DNA of 64,000 bases from Mustelus asterias. Taxonomy: Eukaryota. Positions 1 through 12,575 of the stretch are shown in pieces. Where the stretch lies: assembly GCF_964213995.1 (NCBI RefSeq), contig NC_135830.1, positions 6,262,001 to 6,326,000 on the forward strand, read 5' to 3'. How positions within the stretch are numbered: position 1 is the stretch's first letter; every line of letters starts with the position of its first letter. The notes under the pieces are model-generated. The model ran no database searches and was not told the DNA's origin. It saw nothing but the letters and a program-made list of their open reading frames with translations. A program made the translations under genes and the position numbers.

Positions 1-147
1 GAGGAAACCGGAGCACCCGGAGGAAACCCACGCAGACACAGGGAGAATGTGTAGACTCTGCACAGACAGTGACCCAAGCCAGGAATTGAACTCAGGTCCC
101 TGGCGCTGTGAGGCAGTAGTGCTAACCGCTGTGCCACCATGCTGCCC
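1..147 (-). mobile_element. HE1-type V-SINE, 5' (tRNA-derived) part
   Basis: The reverse complement reads GGGCAGCATGGTGGCACAGCGGTTAGCACT...GAGTTCAATTCC (A/B boxes), then the V-domain TCTGCGTGGGTTTCCTCCGGGTGCTCCGGTTTCCTC. Confidence 0.85.
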
Positions 148-318
148 TCATCTCCTTGAACAAATAGTAAATTGTAGAGATTATAAAGTTTGAATTGTAA
201 TATCTAATGGTGTAAAGTATCTGGGAGCAGAGTGGATGTGATAAAGGCTGGAATACAGACTGTGGGAATGAGGCTGAAACTGCTGTGCTCAGTGAATGGT
301 TCTTATTGGAGGGAGGGA

Positions 319-1638
319 TGTAACGGGATCTTCCTTGTTACTCCACTTACAGGCCGATGTTTGAGGGTCTGCCGATAGCTGCGAGTGTCTCTCTCTTACA
401 GGCCTTGAAATTTCAAAGGCCGGGGAATGCTGCACTGGGGCAGCTCCACAGGAGAGAGCGCTGAACCAGGCTCACCGTTTATACCTGACCGGTAACCTGA
501 TACTTATATCACACAGCCATCCCAAAACCACCACCAAGGCCTGAGTGATTCTCTCCCTTGTCGGTGGGACAATGGCCACCCTGCACCCACTCCACTCGAG
601 TAGGTCTCCAAGAGAGAGAACAGAGAGACTCCGTTCTTTATCTCCTGACCAGCAGTCTCCCTTGAGTGAGTGGGTTTGAATCGCTCAGATCACCCTCGGT
701 TCCAGACTCCGGATTTATGGTAAGGGATATTGAAGCTGTGACCTCGTCAGAGTGCGCTGATGAGAGAACAAGAGGCAAGACAAACTCCAAATGAGTTTCA
801 AAACTTACAGTGATTTATTTAACAATACAATCAACCTCTTCAATACCCCACCACACAGGAATAAAACTTATACTTTATACTACACTATGGGAGAAATGCT
901 AATGGGTACAATGTATTACTGAACTTTAAAATTACAATACACCACCCCTCCCCTTGCCTCAACCTCTATCCTATCCTCGGGAGCTTCGCATGGTTGGCTG
1001 GGATACTCACAATTCTAAAAGGGGTTCCTTTGTGGTCGGCTCAAATGTCTTAGTGCAGGGTCGAAACTGAAGAGAGCTCGGTCCTGCTTGTCTGCTTCTC
1101 AGCTTGCGATTCTGGAAGAGAGCTTGGTCCTGCTTGTCTGTGTCACTGCTTGCGATTCTGGAAGAGAGCTTGGTTCTGCTTGTCTGTGTCACTGCTTGTG
1201 ATTCTGGAAGAGAGCTTGGTTCTGCTTGTTTGACTCTCAGCTCAATTTAACAAAAACACCTTCCCTGCCCCAATAGGTGATTTTCAAGGACAATGGGGCT
1301 TTCGATCACCGGCAGTTTCAGTTTAATTCAGTCAAGTCCACACACAAAAGGCTGGAACTGCCTTGACCCCCCGTGGGTCGTTATTTCAATGTCTTCTGTG
1401 GATGGGCCGATTTCTGTGGTCATGGACTCCCTGCTGGTCTGTTTACTGTCCTTTGTCCTTCTGATGATTCGATCACTGGTGTGTCTGCCTTTTTGGCCAC
1501 TTGCATATTCAGGGGGCTCACACCTTTTTTTCTCTTCGCACAGTCCACCGACAGGTTATGTTTGTCCTGCCGAACCTTCTGGGAGGTTTTTATCAGCCAG
1601 CAGCCAGAGTTGGCCACTTTTAAACTGCTGCGACAACA
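319..1638 (-). mobile_element. Probable solo/partial LTR of an LTR retroelement
   Basis: TGTAAC at 319 (GTTACA end on minus), minus-strand AATAAA near 815, an internal tandem repeat and no credible coding. The other end abuts a SINE, so no TSD is visible. Confidence 0.4.
1069..1240. repeat. ~46-bp tandem repeat, about 3.5 copies
   Basis: Unit GATTCTGGAAGAGAGCTTGGTCCTGCTTGTCTGTGTCACTGCTTGC repeated. Confidence 0.85.
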
Positions 1639-1639
1639 G

Positions 1640-1833
1640 ATCATAGAAATCATAGAAACCCTACAGTGCAGAAGGAGGCCATTCGGCCCATCGAGTCTGC
1701 ACCGACCACAATCCCACCCAGGCCCTACCCCCACATATTTACCCACTAATCCCTCTAACCTACGCATCTCAGGACTCTAAGGGGCAATTTTTAACCTGGC
1801 CAATCAACCTAACCCGCACGTCTTTGGACTTTG
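1640..1833 (-). mobile_element. HE1 SINE 3' part with HER1/CR1-type tail
   Basis: ATCATAGAAATCATAGAAACCCTACAGTGCAGAAGGAGGCCATTCGGCCC is the reverse of the SINE tail. Confidence 0.8.
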
Positions 1834-2655
1834 GATGAATGAACACCGCTCGACAATCATCAGGCAAGACTGTTCTCTTCCTGTGGGGGAGCACTTCAGC
1901 AGTCACGGGCATTCAGCCTTGGATCTTCAGGTAAGCATTCTCCAAGGCGGCCTTCACGACACACGACAACGCAGAGTCGCTGAGCAGAAACTGATAGCCA
2001 AGTTACACACACATGAGGACGGCCTCAACCGGGATGTTGGATTTATGTCACATTATCTGTAACCCCCACAGCTTTCCCCCTGGACTTGCAGAATCTCACT
2101 AGCTGTTCTGTCTGGAGACAATACACATCTCTTTAACCTGTGTTAAATGCTCCCTCCACCCACATTGTCTGTACCTTTAAGACCTGGCTGGTTGTAGGGA
2201 TTCGCATTCTAATCAGTATTCTGTAACTTGATTTGTGTCTCTGTGCACTGTTTGAGAGCACATTTCCACTCCATCTGACGAAGGAGCAGCGCTCCGAAAG
2301 CTTATGGTATTTGCTACCAAATAAACTTGTTGGACTTTAACCTGGTGTTGTGAGACTCACTGGAGCCCCAGGCCATTCTTGCCATCCTGCCAGGTCTCGG
2401 GTACTGAGGCCAGTAGTAAAGTTTATTAATGCGTCACAAGAAGGTTTACATTCGCACTGTAAGTAAGTTACTGTGAAAATCCCCGAGTCGCCACACTCCG
2501 GCACCTGTTCGGGTACACTGAGGGAGAATTCAGCATGGCCAATGCACCTAACCATTATGGTATTTGCTACCAAATAAACCTGTTGGACTTTAACCTGGTG
2601 TTGTGAGACCTCTTACCGTGTTCACCCCAGTCCAACGCTGGCATCGCCACATCAT
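1834..2655 (+). mobile_element. Penelope-like element 3' fragment (GIY-YIG endonuclease C-terminus plus terminal repeats)
   Basis: ORF 1835-2062 reads MNEHRSTI...PVGEHF...R-x-E-x2-LI...GLN, typical of PLE endonuclease. It is followed by a hammerhead motif and a duplicated terminus (2303-2356 / 2556-2609). Confidence 0.85.
2271..2307 (+). ncRNA. Minimal type I hammerhead ribozyme motif (PLE-associated)
   Basis: CCAT-CTGACGA-A-GGAGC(AGC)GCTCC-GAAA-GCTT-ATGG: both core boxes, stem I, stem II and a palindromic AAGCTT in place of stem III. Confidence 0.8.
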
Positions 2656-2799
2656 CCCCTCCTGTCCACCAGAGGTCGCTGTAGGCCTCCCAGCTGCTGC
2701 TCCTCCCAGTGTCACCTCTTGCCCACTCCAGCCCCTCCAGTACACCTCACTGGAGCCCCAGGCCATTCTTGCCATCCTGCCAGGTCTCGGGTACTGAGG

Positions 2800-3090
2800 C
2801 CAGTAGTAAAGTTTATTAATGTGTCACAAGAAGGTTTACATTCGCACTGTAAGTAAGTTACTGTGAAAATCCCCGAGTCGCCACACTCCGGCACCTGTTC
2901 GGGTACACTGAGGGAGAATTCAGCTTGGTCAATGCACCCAACCAGCACATCTTTTGGACTGTGGGAGGAAACCGGAGCACCTGGAGGAAATCCACAGACA
3001 CGTGGAAAATGTGCAAACTCCACACAGTGACCCAAGCCGGGAATCAAATCCAAATCCCTGGCGCTAACCACTGTGCCACTGTACCACCCA
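2800..3090 (-). mobile_element. HE1-head SINE with alternative tail
   Basis: V-SINE head and core on minus; tail ...GGGGATTTTCACAGTAACTT...CTTGTGAC-ATTAATAAAC. Confidence 0.75.
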
Positions 3091-3719
3091 GTGCTCTGAG
3101 GTTAAGTTTCTTCTTCAAACCTAAGAAGATTCAGTGTCACATCAGGGCGGGGAAAAAGGAGTCCATTGGCTTCAGATGGATAATGGTAAAAGTTAATATC
3201 CCAATTTATTCACTTTATTCCTTCAAGCTGAGGTTTACAAAGTGAGAATTCCGCTGTTTATAGCAGTGACTAAATAAGCAATGACACTGATCCTATATTT
3301 AAATTAGTCTGGAATACACCTCAATTTCACACAGGTTAACATTTTTCAAGCATTTGGAACCCCAAATGTCTGCTGACGTGTCATCCAGAGCTGTTTTCCT
3401 GGCAGTTTGTGTCAGTAGTAGGCTGCCGTTACCATCCACTCTTGGGCAGGGTGAGGAGACAGCTCCGACACCGACCTCAGCTGGAATGGGGATTGAACCA
3501 TACATTAGTCCGCAGGCCAGCAATGCTGCAGGAATTGCAAAGGGGCTGCACAGAGGTCCAGAATTAGAAGAGGGGGTTGTGAAGATGGAGGAAGCGTCTG
3601 CAAGACATGGGGACATTTTGGATTATCTCAAAATTACAGAATGTGGGAGACCAGTCAGGAATGTGTTGAAATTGTCAAGTCTGGCAGTAATGTGTGGATG
3701 TGGGATTCAGCAGCAGATG

Positions 3720-4020
3720 AAGGGCTGCACGGTGGAACAGTGGTTAGCACTGCTGCCTGACAGCAGTGGGTTTCTGTGTACGTTCTCCCTGTGTCTGAGT
3801 TTCCTCTGGGTGCTTCCGTTTCCTCCTACATTCCAAAGATGTGCAGGTTAGGTGGATTGGCCATGTCAAATTATCCGTTAGCGTCCAAAGAGGTGTAGGT
3901 TAGGGGGGGTTAGCAGGGTAAATGCACAAGGGTACAGGGCCCATTGAGTCTGCACCGACTCTCCAACAGAGCATCTTACCCAGGCCCTATCCCCGTAACC
4001 ACACATATTTACCCCGCTGT
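3720..4020 (+). mobile_element. HE1 SINE fragments
   Basis: GGGCTGCACGGTGGAACAGTGGTTAGCACTGCTGCC head, V-domain, and an inverted tail fragment. Confidence 0.7.
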
Positions 4021-4504
4021 TCCACTGTGTTACTTATTCATTACAAAAGGACCAGAGTCTGAGGTTATAAATGGGTGAGTTTACTCCAATAGTAATTCCT
4101 TAACATCTGACAAGTTTACAGCTATTAACATCCCACCTATCAAATAGCTCCAGCCTACAGATGAGAGGACCAACATTCAGAGCTTTCAAATCCTCATCCT
4201 GAAGTTACAAAACAGACTTTAGTCATCGGCCTGCTGATACATCGGCACATTCACACAGGGGTGGATTGGACTGTGATCTGTTTATTGTTCATCTTAGTTC
4301 AATACAGTTTCTGAGTGATTTAAATTTAAAACAAGGTCTGCAGGCGTGAAGATTTATTGACATATGAATGAGAGGTGCTGTGGGGCATTCTACAAGCCCA
4401 ACAGGGTTGATTTACATCAGAAAAACTCCAACTATCAGTATAAACATAATTCAGTCTGGGATGTAATTAACAGCAGCAATAACAGCAGAATCACACCCCT
4501 GTGA

Positions 4505-5710
4505 TCACTGGTGAATTCGCTGGTGTCTCACCAGGTTGTATGACTGGGTGAATCCCTTTCCACACATTGAACAAGTGAACGGCTTCTCCTCACTATGAAC
4601 TTGTTGGTGTCTCAGCAGAATGGATGACCGGGTGAATCCTTTCCCACACTCAGTGCAGGTGAACGGTTTGTCCTCAGAGTGATTTCGCTGGTGTGCGAGC
4701 AGAAGTTTTCTGCTTTTAAAGCTCTTCTCACAGTCAGAACATTTGAACGGTCTCTCATTTGTGTGAACAAGTTGGTGTGAAGTGAGAGAGGATAAACAAG
4801 TGAATCCCTTCCCACACACAGGGCAGGTGAACGGCCTCTCCCCAGTGTGAGTTCGCTGGTGTACAGTGAGGTCACCTGATCGCCTGAAGCCAGTCCCGCA
4901 GTGAGAACACATGAATGGTCTCTCGTCAGAGTGAACACGTTGATGGTGACGCAGTTCCTCAGAACTTTTATAGCCCTTCCCGCAGTCTGGACATTTAAAC
5001 AGTCTCTCTTCACTGTGAACTCGTTGGTGTTTCTGCAGGTTGAATGATCGGTTAAACCCCTTCCCACATTCAGAGCAGGTGAATGGCCTCTCTCCAGTGT
5101 GAATGCGCTCATGTTCCACAAGGTGGAATGATGTCCTGAACCCCTTCTGGCAGTGGGAGCAGCTGAACGGTGTGGAACCGGTGTGAATGTACTGGTGCTC
5201 CCGGAGTGTGCGTGGAGTTTCAAAACTCTTTCCACACTCAGTGCATTTAAACTCTCTCCTGTCGGTGTGAACTGGCTGGTGTCTCTGCAGGGCAGAGAAA
5301 TCTGTGAATCCCTTCCCACACTCAGAGCAGGTGAATGGCCTCTCCCCTGTGTGAATGTGCTGATGTATCAGCAGGGCCGATGACTGAGTAAATCCTTTTC
5401 CACATTCGGAGCAGGTGAACTGCCTCTCCCTGCTGTGAATGCGCTGGTGAATCAACAGGCCAGCTGTCTGAGTGAATCCCTTCCCACACACAGGGCAGGT
5501 AAAAGGTCTCTCTCCAGTGTGAGTGCGTTGGTGATTTTGCAGGTCAACTGGATAATTGAATCCTTTCCCACAGTCTCCACATTTATACGGTCTCTCCCTG
5601 GTGTGACTGCGCTTGTGTCTCGACAGGCCAGATGATCGATTGAAGCCTTGTCCACATACAGAACACGTGTACAGTGTCTCCTCTCTGTGAACGGTGCTTT
5701 TTTCTTCCAT
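4505..5710 (-). CDS. Tandem C2H2 zinc-finger protein, 14 fingers, no KRAB domain seen
   Basis: Uninterrupted ORF with 14 CxxC-x12-HxxxH repeats and TGERPF-type linkers. ATG at 5710 (the ORF track starts at a TTG at 5716). Splice acceptor TTTTTCAG at ~5817. Confidence 0.9.
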   Translation of the reverse strand: MEEKSTVHREETLYTCSVCGQGFNRSSGLSRHKRSHTRERPYKCGDCGKGFNYPVDLQNHQRTHTGERPFTCPVCGKGFTQTAGLLIHQRIHSRERQFTCSECGKGFTQSSALLIHQHIHTGERPFTCSECGKGFTDFSALQRHQPVHTDRREFKCTECGKSFETPRTLREHQYIHTGSTPFSCSHCQKGFRTSFHLVEHERIHTGERPFTCSECGKGFNRSFNLQKHQRVHSEERLFKCPDCGKGYKSSEELRHHQRVHSDERPFMCSHCGTGFRRSGDLTVHQRTHTGERPFTCPVCGKGFTCLSSLTSHQLVHTNERPFKCSDCEKSFKSRKLLLAHQRNHSEDKPFTCTECGKGFTRSSILLRHQQVHSEEKPFTCSMCGKGFTQSYNLVRHQRIHQ

Positions 5711-6644
5711 GTTCAAAGGCTGATGATGTTTAGATCATGATGAATCAAAGCTCCCTGTCTGATCTTGATGTGATCCTTGATTTACAATTTTCTGTAATTC
5801 CTCACCTTCTAATCCGCTGAAAAATGAATTGAAAACAGAAAGAGGGAACCATGAGAGACAAGCCATAAATATACAAAGACAAAATGTGAAATTGAGTTGA
5901 ACTAATCTGGTAAATTGTGGGATTCGGACTAGGACATAGTGGATATGAAAGCTGCTGGATTGTGACAAAGCCTCAAACTGTTTACCAGTGCACTGAGGGA
6001 AAGGAACCCTCCACCTCTTCAGAGCCTACAACAAGAATCCAGCCTTTATGCGTGAAGAGGGAGAGGTCGGGAGGAGGGTGACGGAGAGAGACTTTATACA
6101 TCAGCAACTCAACCAGGATTTTGGCAGAATCTCCTCAACCCACAATCTTCCCCACCTGGAAGTACCAGAGCAACTGGGACATGGGAAAACCACACAACTT
6201 CCTGACTTGGACAAATATCACTGTCCCTTCAACGTGACTGGGTTAAAATTCTAATACTCTTGCATTGTGGGAGCACCTTTACTATATGGACTGCAGAGGT
6301 TCAAGAAGAAGAAGGCCAACTATCACCATCACAAAGGACAATTGGTGATTGGTAACATATCGCTGTCTGTGATAGTAATTCAGGACAGATACCTGGGCCT
6401 TTTTTGTTCTTTTGCAAATCTGTATGAAACCTGCAATTTCATAAGATATAGGAGCAGAATTAGACCATTCGGCCCCTCGAGTCCGCTCCGCCATTCAATC
6501 ATGGCTGATATGCTTCTCATCCCCATTTTCCTGCCTTCTCCCCATAACCTTTCAACCCATAACCAATTAAAAATCTGTCCAACTCCTCCTTAAATTACTC
6601 ACTGCCCAGCATCCACCGCACTTTGGGGTAGCAAATTCCACAGA

Positions 6645-8335
6645 TGAACAAAGAACAAAGAACAATACAGCACAGGAACAGGCCCTTCGGCCCTCCAAGC
6701 CCACGCCGCTCCCCGGTCCAGGATTGAATCCTGAATCCAGGATCCCCGCCCAATTTTCCAGCCTATCTACATCCTAATATCCTATCCACCGAGCTGTCCC
6801 TCACAGCTACGATGCTTTGTTCATCACAACCTATTAACTCACCCCCACCCCCCCATTCCAGACCATGTGATCTCCAGGGAGAGGCGAAAACCCAGAGTGA
6901 AAACCCCAGGGCCAATACGGGGAAAAAAAAAATCTGGGAAATTCCTCTCCGACCCCCTGTGGCGATCGAAACGAGTCCAGGAGATCACACTGGCCCTGAT
7001 CAGAAAATGCTTCCCAACCCTATTCATTTCCACTTCTGCTTTACGAACACCATCTGAATTCCCTGCCCCCGAGACAGGTTCCCAACTATCCGCAGTCTTG
7101 CTCTGTACTGGCACCAGCAAGATGATCATAGAATGAAGCCTTGAAACGAGAAACAAAGAACAATTAGCCCGCGCCGCTCCCTGGTCCAAACTAGACCACT
7201 CTTTTGTATCCCTCCATTCCCACTCCGTTCATATAGCTGTCTAGATAAGTCTTAAACGTTCCCAGTGTGTCCGCCTCCACCACCTTGCCCGGCAACACAT
7301 TCCAGGCCCCCACGACCCTCTGTGTAAAATATGTCCTTCTGATATCTGTGTTAAACCTCCCCCCTTCACCTTGAACCTATGACCCCTCGTGAACGTCACC
7401 ACCGACCCGGGGAAAAGCTTCCCACCGTTCACCCTATCTATGCCTTTCATAATTTTATACACCTCTATTAAGTCTCCCCTCATCCTCCGTCTTTCCAAGG
7501 AGAACAACCCCAGTTTCCCCAATCTCTCCTCATAACCAAGCCCCTCCATACCAGGCAACATCCTGGTAAACCTCCTCTGTTCTCTCTCCAAAGCCTCCAC
7601 GTCCTTCTGGTAGTGTGGCGACCAGAACTGGACGCAGTATTCCAAATGTGGCCGAACCAACGTTCTATACATCTGCAACATCAGACCCCAACTTTTATAC
7701 TCTATGCCCCGTCCTATAAAGGCAAGCATGCCATATGCCTTCTTCACCACCTTCTCCACCTGTGACGTCACCTTCAAAGATCTGTGGACTTGCACACCCA
7801 GGTCCCTCTGCGTCTCTACACCCTTTATGGTTCTTCCATTTATCGTGTAGCTCCTCCCTACATTATTCCCACCAAAATGCATCACTTCGCATTTATCAGG
7901 ATTGAACTCCATCTGCCATTTCTTTGCCCAAATTTCCAGCCGATCTATATCCTTCTGTAGCCTCTGACAATGTTCCTCACTACCTGCTAGTCCTGCCAGT
8001 TTTGTGTCGTCCGCAAACTTACTGATCACCCCAGTTACTCCTTCTTCCAGATCATTTATATAAATCACAAACAGCAGAGGTCCCAATACAGAGCCCTGCG
8101 GAACACCACTCGTCACAGGCCTCCAGCCGGAAAAAGACCCTTCCACTACCACCCTCTGTCTTCTATGACCAAGCCAGTTCTCCACCCATCTAGCCACCTC
8201 CCCCTTTATCCCATGAGATCCAACCTTTTTCACTAGCCTACCATGAGGGACTTTGTCAAACGCTTTACTAAAGTCCATATAGACAACATCCACGGCCCTT
8301 CCTTCGTCAACCATTCAGGTCACTTCTTCAAAAAA
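6645..8335 (-). mobile_element. 5'-truncated CR1 (HER1-like) LINE, RT C-terminal half plus extended 3' UTR
   Basis: ORF 7241-8314 has DFSKAFDKVPH, GVPQGSVLGP, KFADDTK and LVRPHLEYC. The tail (TTGTTCT)n ends at 6645. Confidence 0.95.
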
Positions 8336-8389
8336 GAAAGGAAAACAAGGAAACAAAACCAATGACCGCTACAATCTAGGAGGACAAGG

Positions 8390-8625
8390 ACAGTGGACAG
8401 ATGGGAAAACCACCACCTGGAAGTCCCCCTCCAAGCCACTCAGCATCTTGACTTGGAAATATGTCACTGTTCCTTCAATGTCATTGGATCAAAATCCTGG
8501 AATTCCCTCCCTAACAACACTGTGGATGTACCTCCACCACATAGACTGCAGCGATTCAAGAAGGCAGCTCACCACCAGCTTTTCAAGGGCAATTAAGAAT
8601 GGGCAATAAATGCTAGTCCAGCCAA
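8390..8625 (+). mobile_element. CR1-like LINE 3' end (tail shared with the Deu-type SINE)
   Basis: ...WNSLP...LQRFKKAAHHQL, then GGGCAATAAATGCT. A related fragment lies at 6170-6350. Confidence 0.65.
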
Positions 8626-8789
8626 TGACTAGAATCAATTGAACAATTTAAAAAATGACTTGGAATATCCATCAGAAAACAATCCTGACAGTTACTCAAA
8701 TAAATACTTCACTCAGTCACACCAGCTTCTGAGGTTATATTTGACTGAAGTGGTTGGATTTTGCTGCTGTTTGTGGAAAACTTTGGGGA

Positions 8790-9495
8790 ATTTGCCCAGT
8801 CCATTACACAAACTAGCCTCCCATCCATTGACTCCATCTACACTTCCCGCTGCCTCGGAAAAGCAGCCAACATAATCGAGAATGTCACACACCCCGGACA
8901 TACTCTCTTCAACCTTTTTCCGACAAGAAAAAAGTACAAAAGTCTGAGATCATGTACCAACCGATTCAAGAAACCCTTCTTCCTTGCTGCCATCAGACTT
9001 TTGAATAGACCTACTTCTCATTAATTTGATCTTTCTCTACAGCCTAACTGTGACTGTAATACTACATTCTGCACTCTCTCCTTTCCTTCCCTATGTACAG
9101 TATGCTTTGTCTGTATAGTGCACAAGGAATAATGCTTTTCACTGTACACTAATACATGTGACAATAATAAATCAAATCAAAAAAGAACCACACGCACTCC
9201 GGACACACTCTCTTCCACCTTCTTCCATTGGGAAATAGGATACAAAAGTCTGAGATCAGGTACCAACTGACTCAAAAACAGCTTAATCCCTGCTGCCATC
9301 AGACTTTTGAATGGAGCTGCCTTATATTAAGTTGATCATTTGCTACACCCTGGATATGACTGTAACACTACATTCTGCACCCTTTTCTTTCCTTCTCTCC
9401 TATCTGCTCTATGAATGGAATGCTTTGTCTGTACAGTGTGCAAGAAATAATAATTTTCACTGTAAACCATAACATGTGACAATAATAAATCAAAA
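8790..9495 (+). mobile_element. Two tandem Rex1/Babar-type LINE 3' ends
   Basis: LPSIDSIYTSRCLGKAANII...HPGHTLF...FFLAAIRLLN C-terminal motif and AATAAATCAAATCAAA tails. Confidence 0.75.
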
Positions 9496-9619
9496 TTATC
9501 CACCAATTCCCACTTCTGTTCTTTCTGATGAATGAAGGATCTGTGCACAGCTTTTTCGACCCTCCTCCCACTCTCCACATCACAGGAAAAAGATCACCAG
9601 TCAACAATAACGACTTTCA

Positions 9620-10010
9620 ATGACGGAGGGTTTACCCAGCATTCGCCGCGGTGGTGAATGTCCCCTATTGACACCAGAGGAAGGCGCAATATCACCAGTA
9701 TTGGCGCATGCGCACTGTCAGTCATGGCGATGGAGTGAGTCTTTTTGTCTCTTTGCCACGGGGAAGGAAACGGAAATTCTGAGGGAGCGATGGAGCCGGC
9801 TCTGGAGAAGAAGAGTTTCTAAACACCTGGTGGACGCCTCAAACCACGATTGAGACTCGGCGCTTCCGTGTTTGCAGCTCCGGATCTTTTTCCGCCCGAG
9901 GCCCAAGTCCAGGTTAACGGCCGCCATCTTGGATCAACGAGAGGCGCATGCGCCAGGGGTCTTCGTGACGCAACACTGAGGGCGGGGCTTAGGTTTTACA
10001 GTTCCCACCG
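9620..10010. promoter_or_regulatory. CpG-rich, probably bidirectional promoter/exon-1 region between the minus ZNF gene (4505) and the plus ZNF pseudogene (10876)
   Basis: NRF1-type GCGCATGCGC at ~9704 and ~9944, YY1 CCGCCATCTT at ~9921, GC box at ~9980, and the CCAGGTTAACGGCC exon-end motif shared with 24.8 kb and 46.8-47.3 kb. Confidence 0.7.
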
Positions 10011-10019
10011 GGTCCTAGT

Positions 10020-10312
10020 TTCCAGTAAATCAGAATTCAAATTATTTATTCGTGTCAGAAGTAGGTTTACATTGACACGACAATGAAGTTACTGTGAAAA
10101 TCCCCTAGTCGCCACACTCCGGCGCCTGTTCGGGTCCACTGAGAGAGAATTTAGCATGGCCAGTGCACCTAACCAGCACATATTTCGGACTGTGGGAGGA
10201 AACCTGAGCACCTGAAGGAAACCCACACAGACACAGGGATAATCTGCAAACTCCACACAGACAGTGACCCAATCCGGGAACTGAAGCCAGGTCTAACCAC
10301 TGTGCCACCATG
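10020..10312 (-). mobile_element. HE1-head SINE with alternative tail
   Basis: Same sequence family as 2800-3090 and 16500-16802. Confidence 0.8.
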
Positions 10313-10875
10313 CCTCCCACCAAACTGGGCAACAGGTGTCTAAACAGTTTCACCCACTCCCAGCCTGCAGCTGATGTTTGCAGGAGTCCATGAACCATGT
10401 ACATATTCAGTGTGAGAGGTTGCAGTTCCTGAAGGAGCTGCTTCTCCACTTCTAGTTCCACTTCTATTCTTCCCCACGCTCCTAATCATTGGCTTCCCAT
10501 GTGGAGAAGGCTTGGGAGGTCAGAGGATCTTTTCCTGGACCTGCTCTTGGGGCTGATTAAAACAGTGATTTGTAGATCTGCATGGGGTAACTAGGCTGTT
10601 GGCCTCTCTTCCGTGGTCTTGTCCATGCTCTTGTGGTCCTGGAGAAGAACCGTGCAGTGTCGACTGGAACACTCGAAAACTCCACAACTCAGGGTACAGA
10701 GTGTCTCATAGACACTGGAAACAAAGTTCTGGTTTAGTTGAGATGGAAGTTTGATTGGACCACAAGATTGGGGAAACGAAAGATAAAAGAATATTCCATG
10801 GAAACTAGAATTGTCTGTTCTGACTTTCTATCCTGTACTGACAATGATACTGACTCTGTCAATATCTTTTACAAG

Positions 10876-11540
10876 GTCCACGAGGGTGATGAATTGCTGA
10901 TGGGAAACTGAAACCAAACATCACATCAAGAGCTGACAGAGTCCCTCAATTCATCAGAACCTGAATATCATCGACCTTTAAATGTGGAAGGAGAAATGTT
11001 TTTCTCTTTTGGCGGTGAGGAAAGATTTCAAACATCAGTGTGACTGGAAAAGCACCAAGACTTACACACACACCCGAGTGAGAGTGTTCCAGTAAACTGA
11101 CTGAGGAAAGAGCTTTAACCAGTTACACAGCCTGATTTTAAAAAAAAACTCACTATTCACAGCAGAGAGCCAAAAGATGAGAAGATCTTGGGGCAGAATT
11201 AGGCCATTGGGCCCATTCAGTCTGCTCACTATTCACTGATCTGATATAATCCTGAATTCCACTTTCCTGCCTTATCCCCATGACCCTTGATTCCTTTACT
11301 GAGAAATAATATACACGTTCTTTGTGTGGACAAGGCTTGAACAGATTGTTTAACCTCGACGGACACAAGGACACCCAAGGAAACCACGGAAATGTGGGGA
11401 CTGTGGGAAGGGATTCAGTTACCCTTCGCTGCTGGAAATACATCGCCGCAGTCACACTGGGGAGAAACCATTCACTTGCTCTGTGTGCAGGAAGGGATTC
11501 ATTCAGTCATCCCACCTGCTGACCCACCAGCAAGTTCACA
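10876..11540 (+). pseudogene. ZNF pseudogene (leader plus about 2 fingers), interrupted and truncated by CR1 pieces
   Basis: Family leader, CGDCGKGF and [11 protein letters not shown] motifs, stops and frameshifts. CR1 tail insert at ~11180-11300. Confidence 0.8.
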
Positions 11541-12525
11541 TTGAAGATGGAAGACAATGTGGAGAAGTGTGAGGTTATGCACTTTGGAAGGAGGAATGGA
11601 GGCGTAGACTATTTTCTAAATGGGAAAATGCTTAGGAAATCAGAAACACAAAAGGACTTGGGAGTCCGTGTTCAAGATTCTCTTAAGGTTAACCTGCAGG
11701 TTCAGTTGGCAGTTAGGAAGGAAAATGCAATGTTAGCATTCATGTCGAGAGGGCTAGAATACAAGAGCAGGGATGTACTTCTGAAGCTGTCTAAGGCTCT
11801 GGTCAGGCTCCATTTGGACTATTATGAGCCGTTTTGGGCCTCGTATCTAAGGAAGGATGTGCTGGCCTTGGAAAGGGTCCAGAGGAGGTTCACAAGAATG
11901 ATCCCTGGAATGAAGAGCTTGTCGTATGAGGAACGGTTGAGGACTCTGGGTCTGTACTGGTTGGAGTTTAGAAGGATGAGGGGGGATCTTATTGAAACTT
12001 ACAGGATACTGCGAGGCCTGGATAGTGTGGATGTGGAGAGGATGTTTCCACTAGTAGGAAAAACTAGAACCAGAGGGAACACAACCTCAGGCTAAAGGGA
12101 TGATCCTTTAAAACAGAGATGAGGAATTTCTTCAGCCAGAGAGTGGTGAATCTGTGGAAGTCTTTGCCGCAGGAGGCTGTTGAGGCCAGGTCATTGAGTG
12201 TCTTTAAGACAGAGGTCGATAGGTTCTTGATTAATAAGGGGATCAGCGGTTATTGGGAAAAGGCAGGAGAATGGGGATGAGAAAAATATCAGCCATGATT
12301 GAATGGTGGAGCAGACGCAATGGGCCGAGTGGCCTAATTCTGCTCCTATGTCTTATGGTCTTATTGGGAAGAGTGTGGGTTTGGGAGTTATTTAAGACAA
12401 AGATTGATATCGGATACAAAGGGAATTTAGCATTATGGGGAGGGTGAAGATCAGGCATGATCTTATTGAGTAGCAGAGCAGGCCTGAAGGGCTAAATGGC
12501 CTCTTCCTGCTTCTATTTCTTATGT
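11541..12525 (+). mobile_element. CR1 LINE 3' fragment(s)
   Basis: KCEVMHFG...LERVQRRFTRMIPG...RGDLIETY, plus a 3' UTR hairpin and tail. Confidence 0.9.
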
Positions 12526-12538
12526 TTAATCAGCAACT

Positions 12539-12575
12539 TCCTCATTAGTGTAGAGGTTAGTATCCCCGCCTGTCA
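12539..12575 (+). pseudogene. tRNA-Asp(GTC) 5' half relic
   Basis: TCCTCATTAGTGTAGAGGTTAGTATCCCCGCCTGTCA matches vertebrate tRNA-Asp TCCTCGTTAGTATAGTGGTGAGTATCCCCGCCTGTCA through the anticodon. Confidence 0.75.

Noticed and set aside
3354-3851. 165-aa ORF
   Set aside because: It has a non-ATG start, no recognisable motif, and runs into a SINE.
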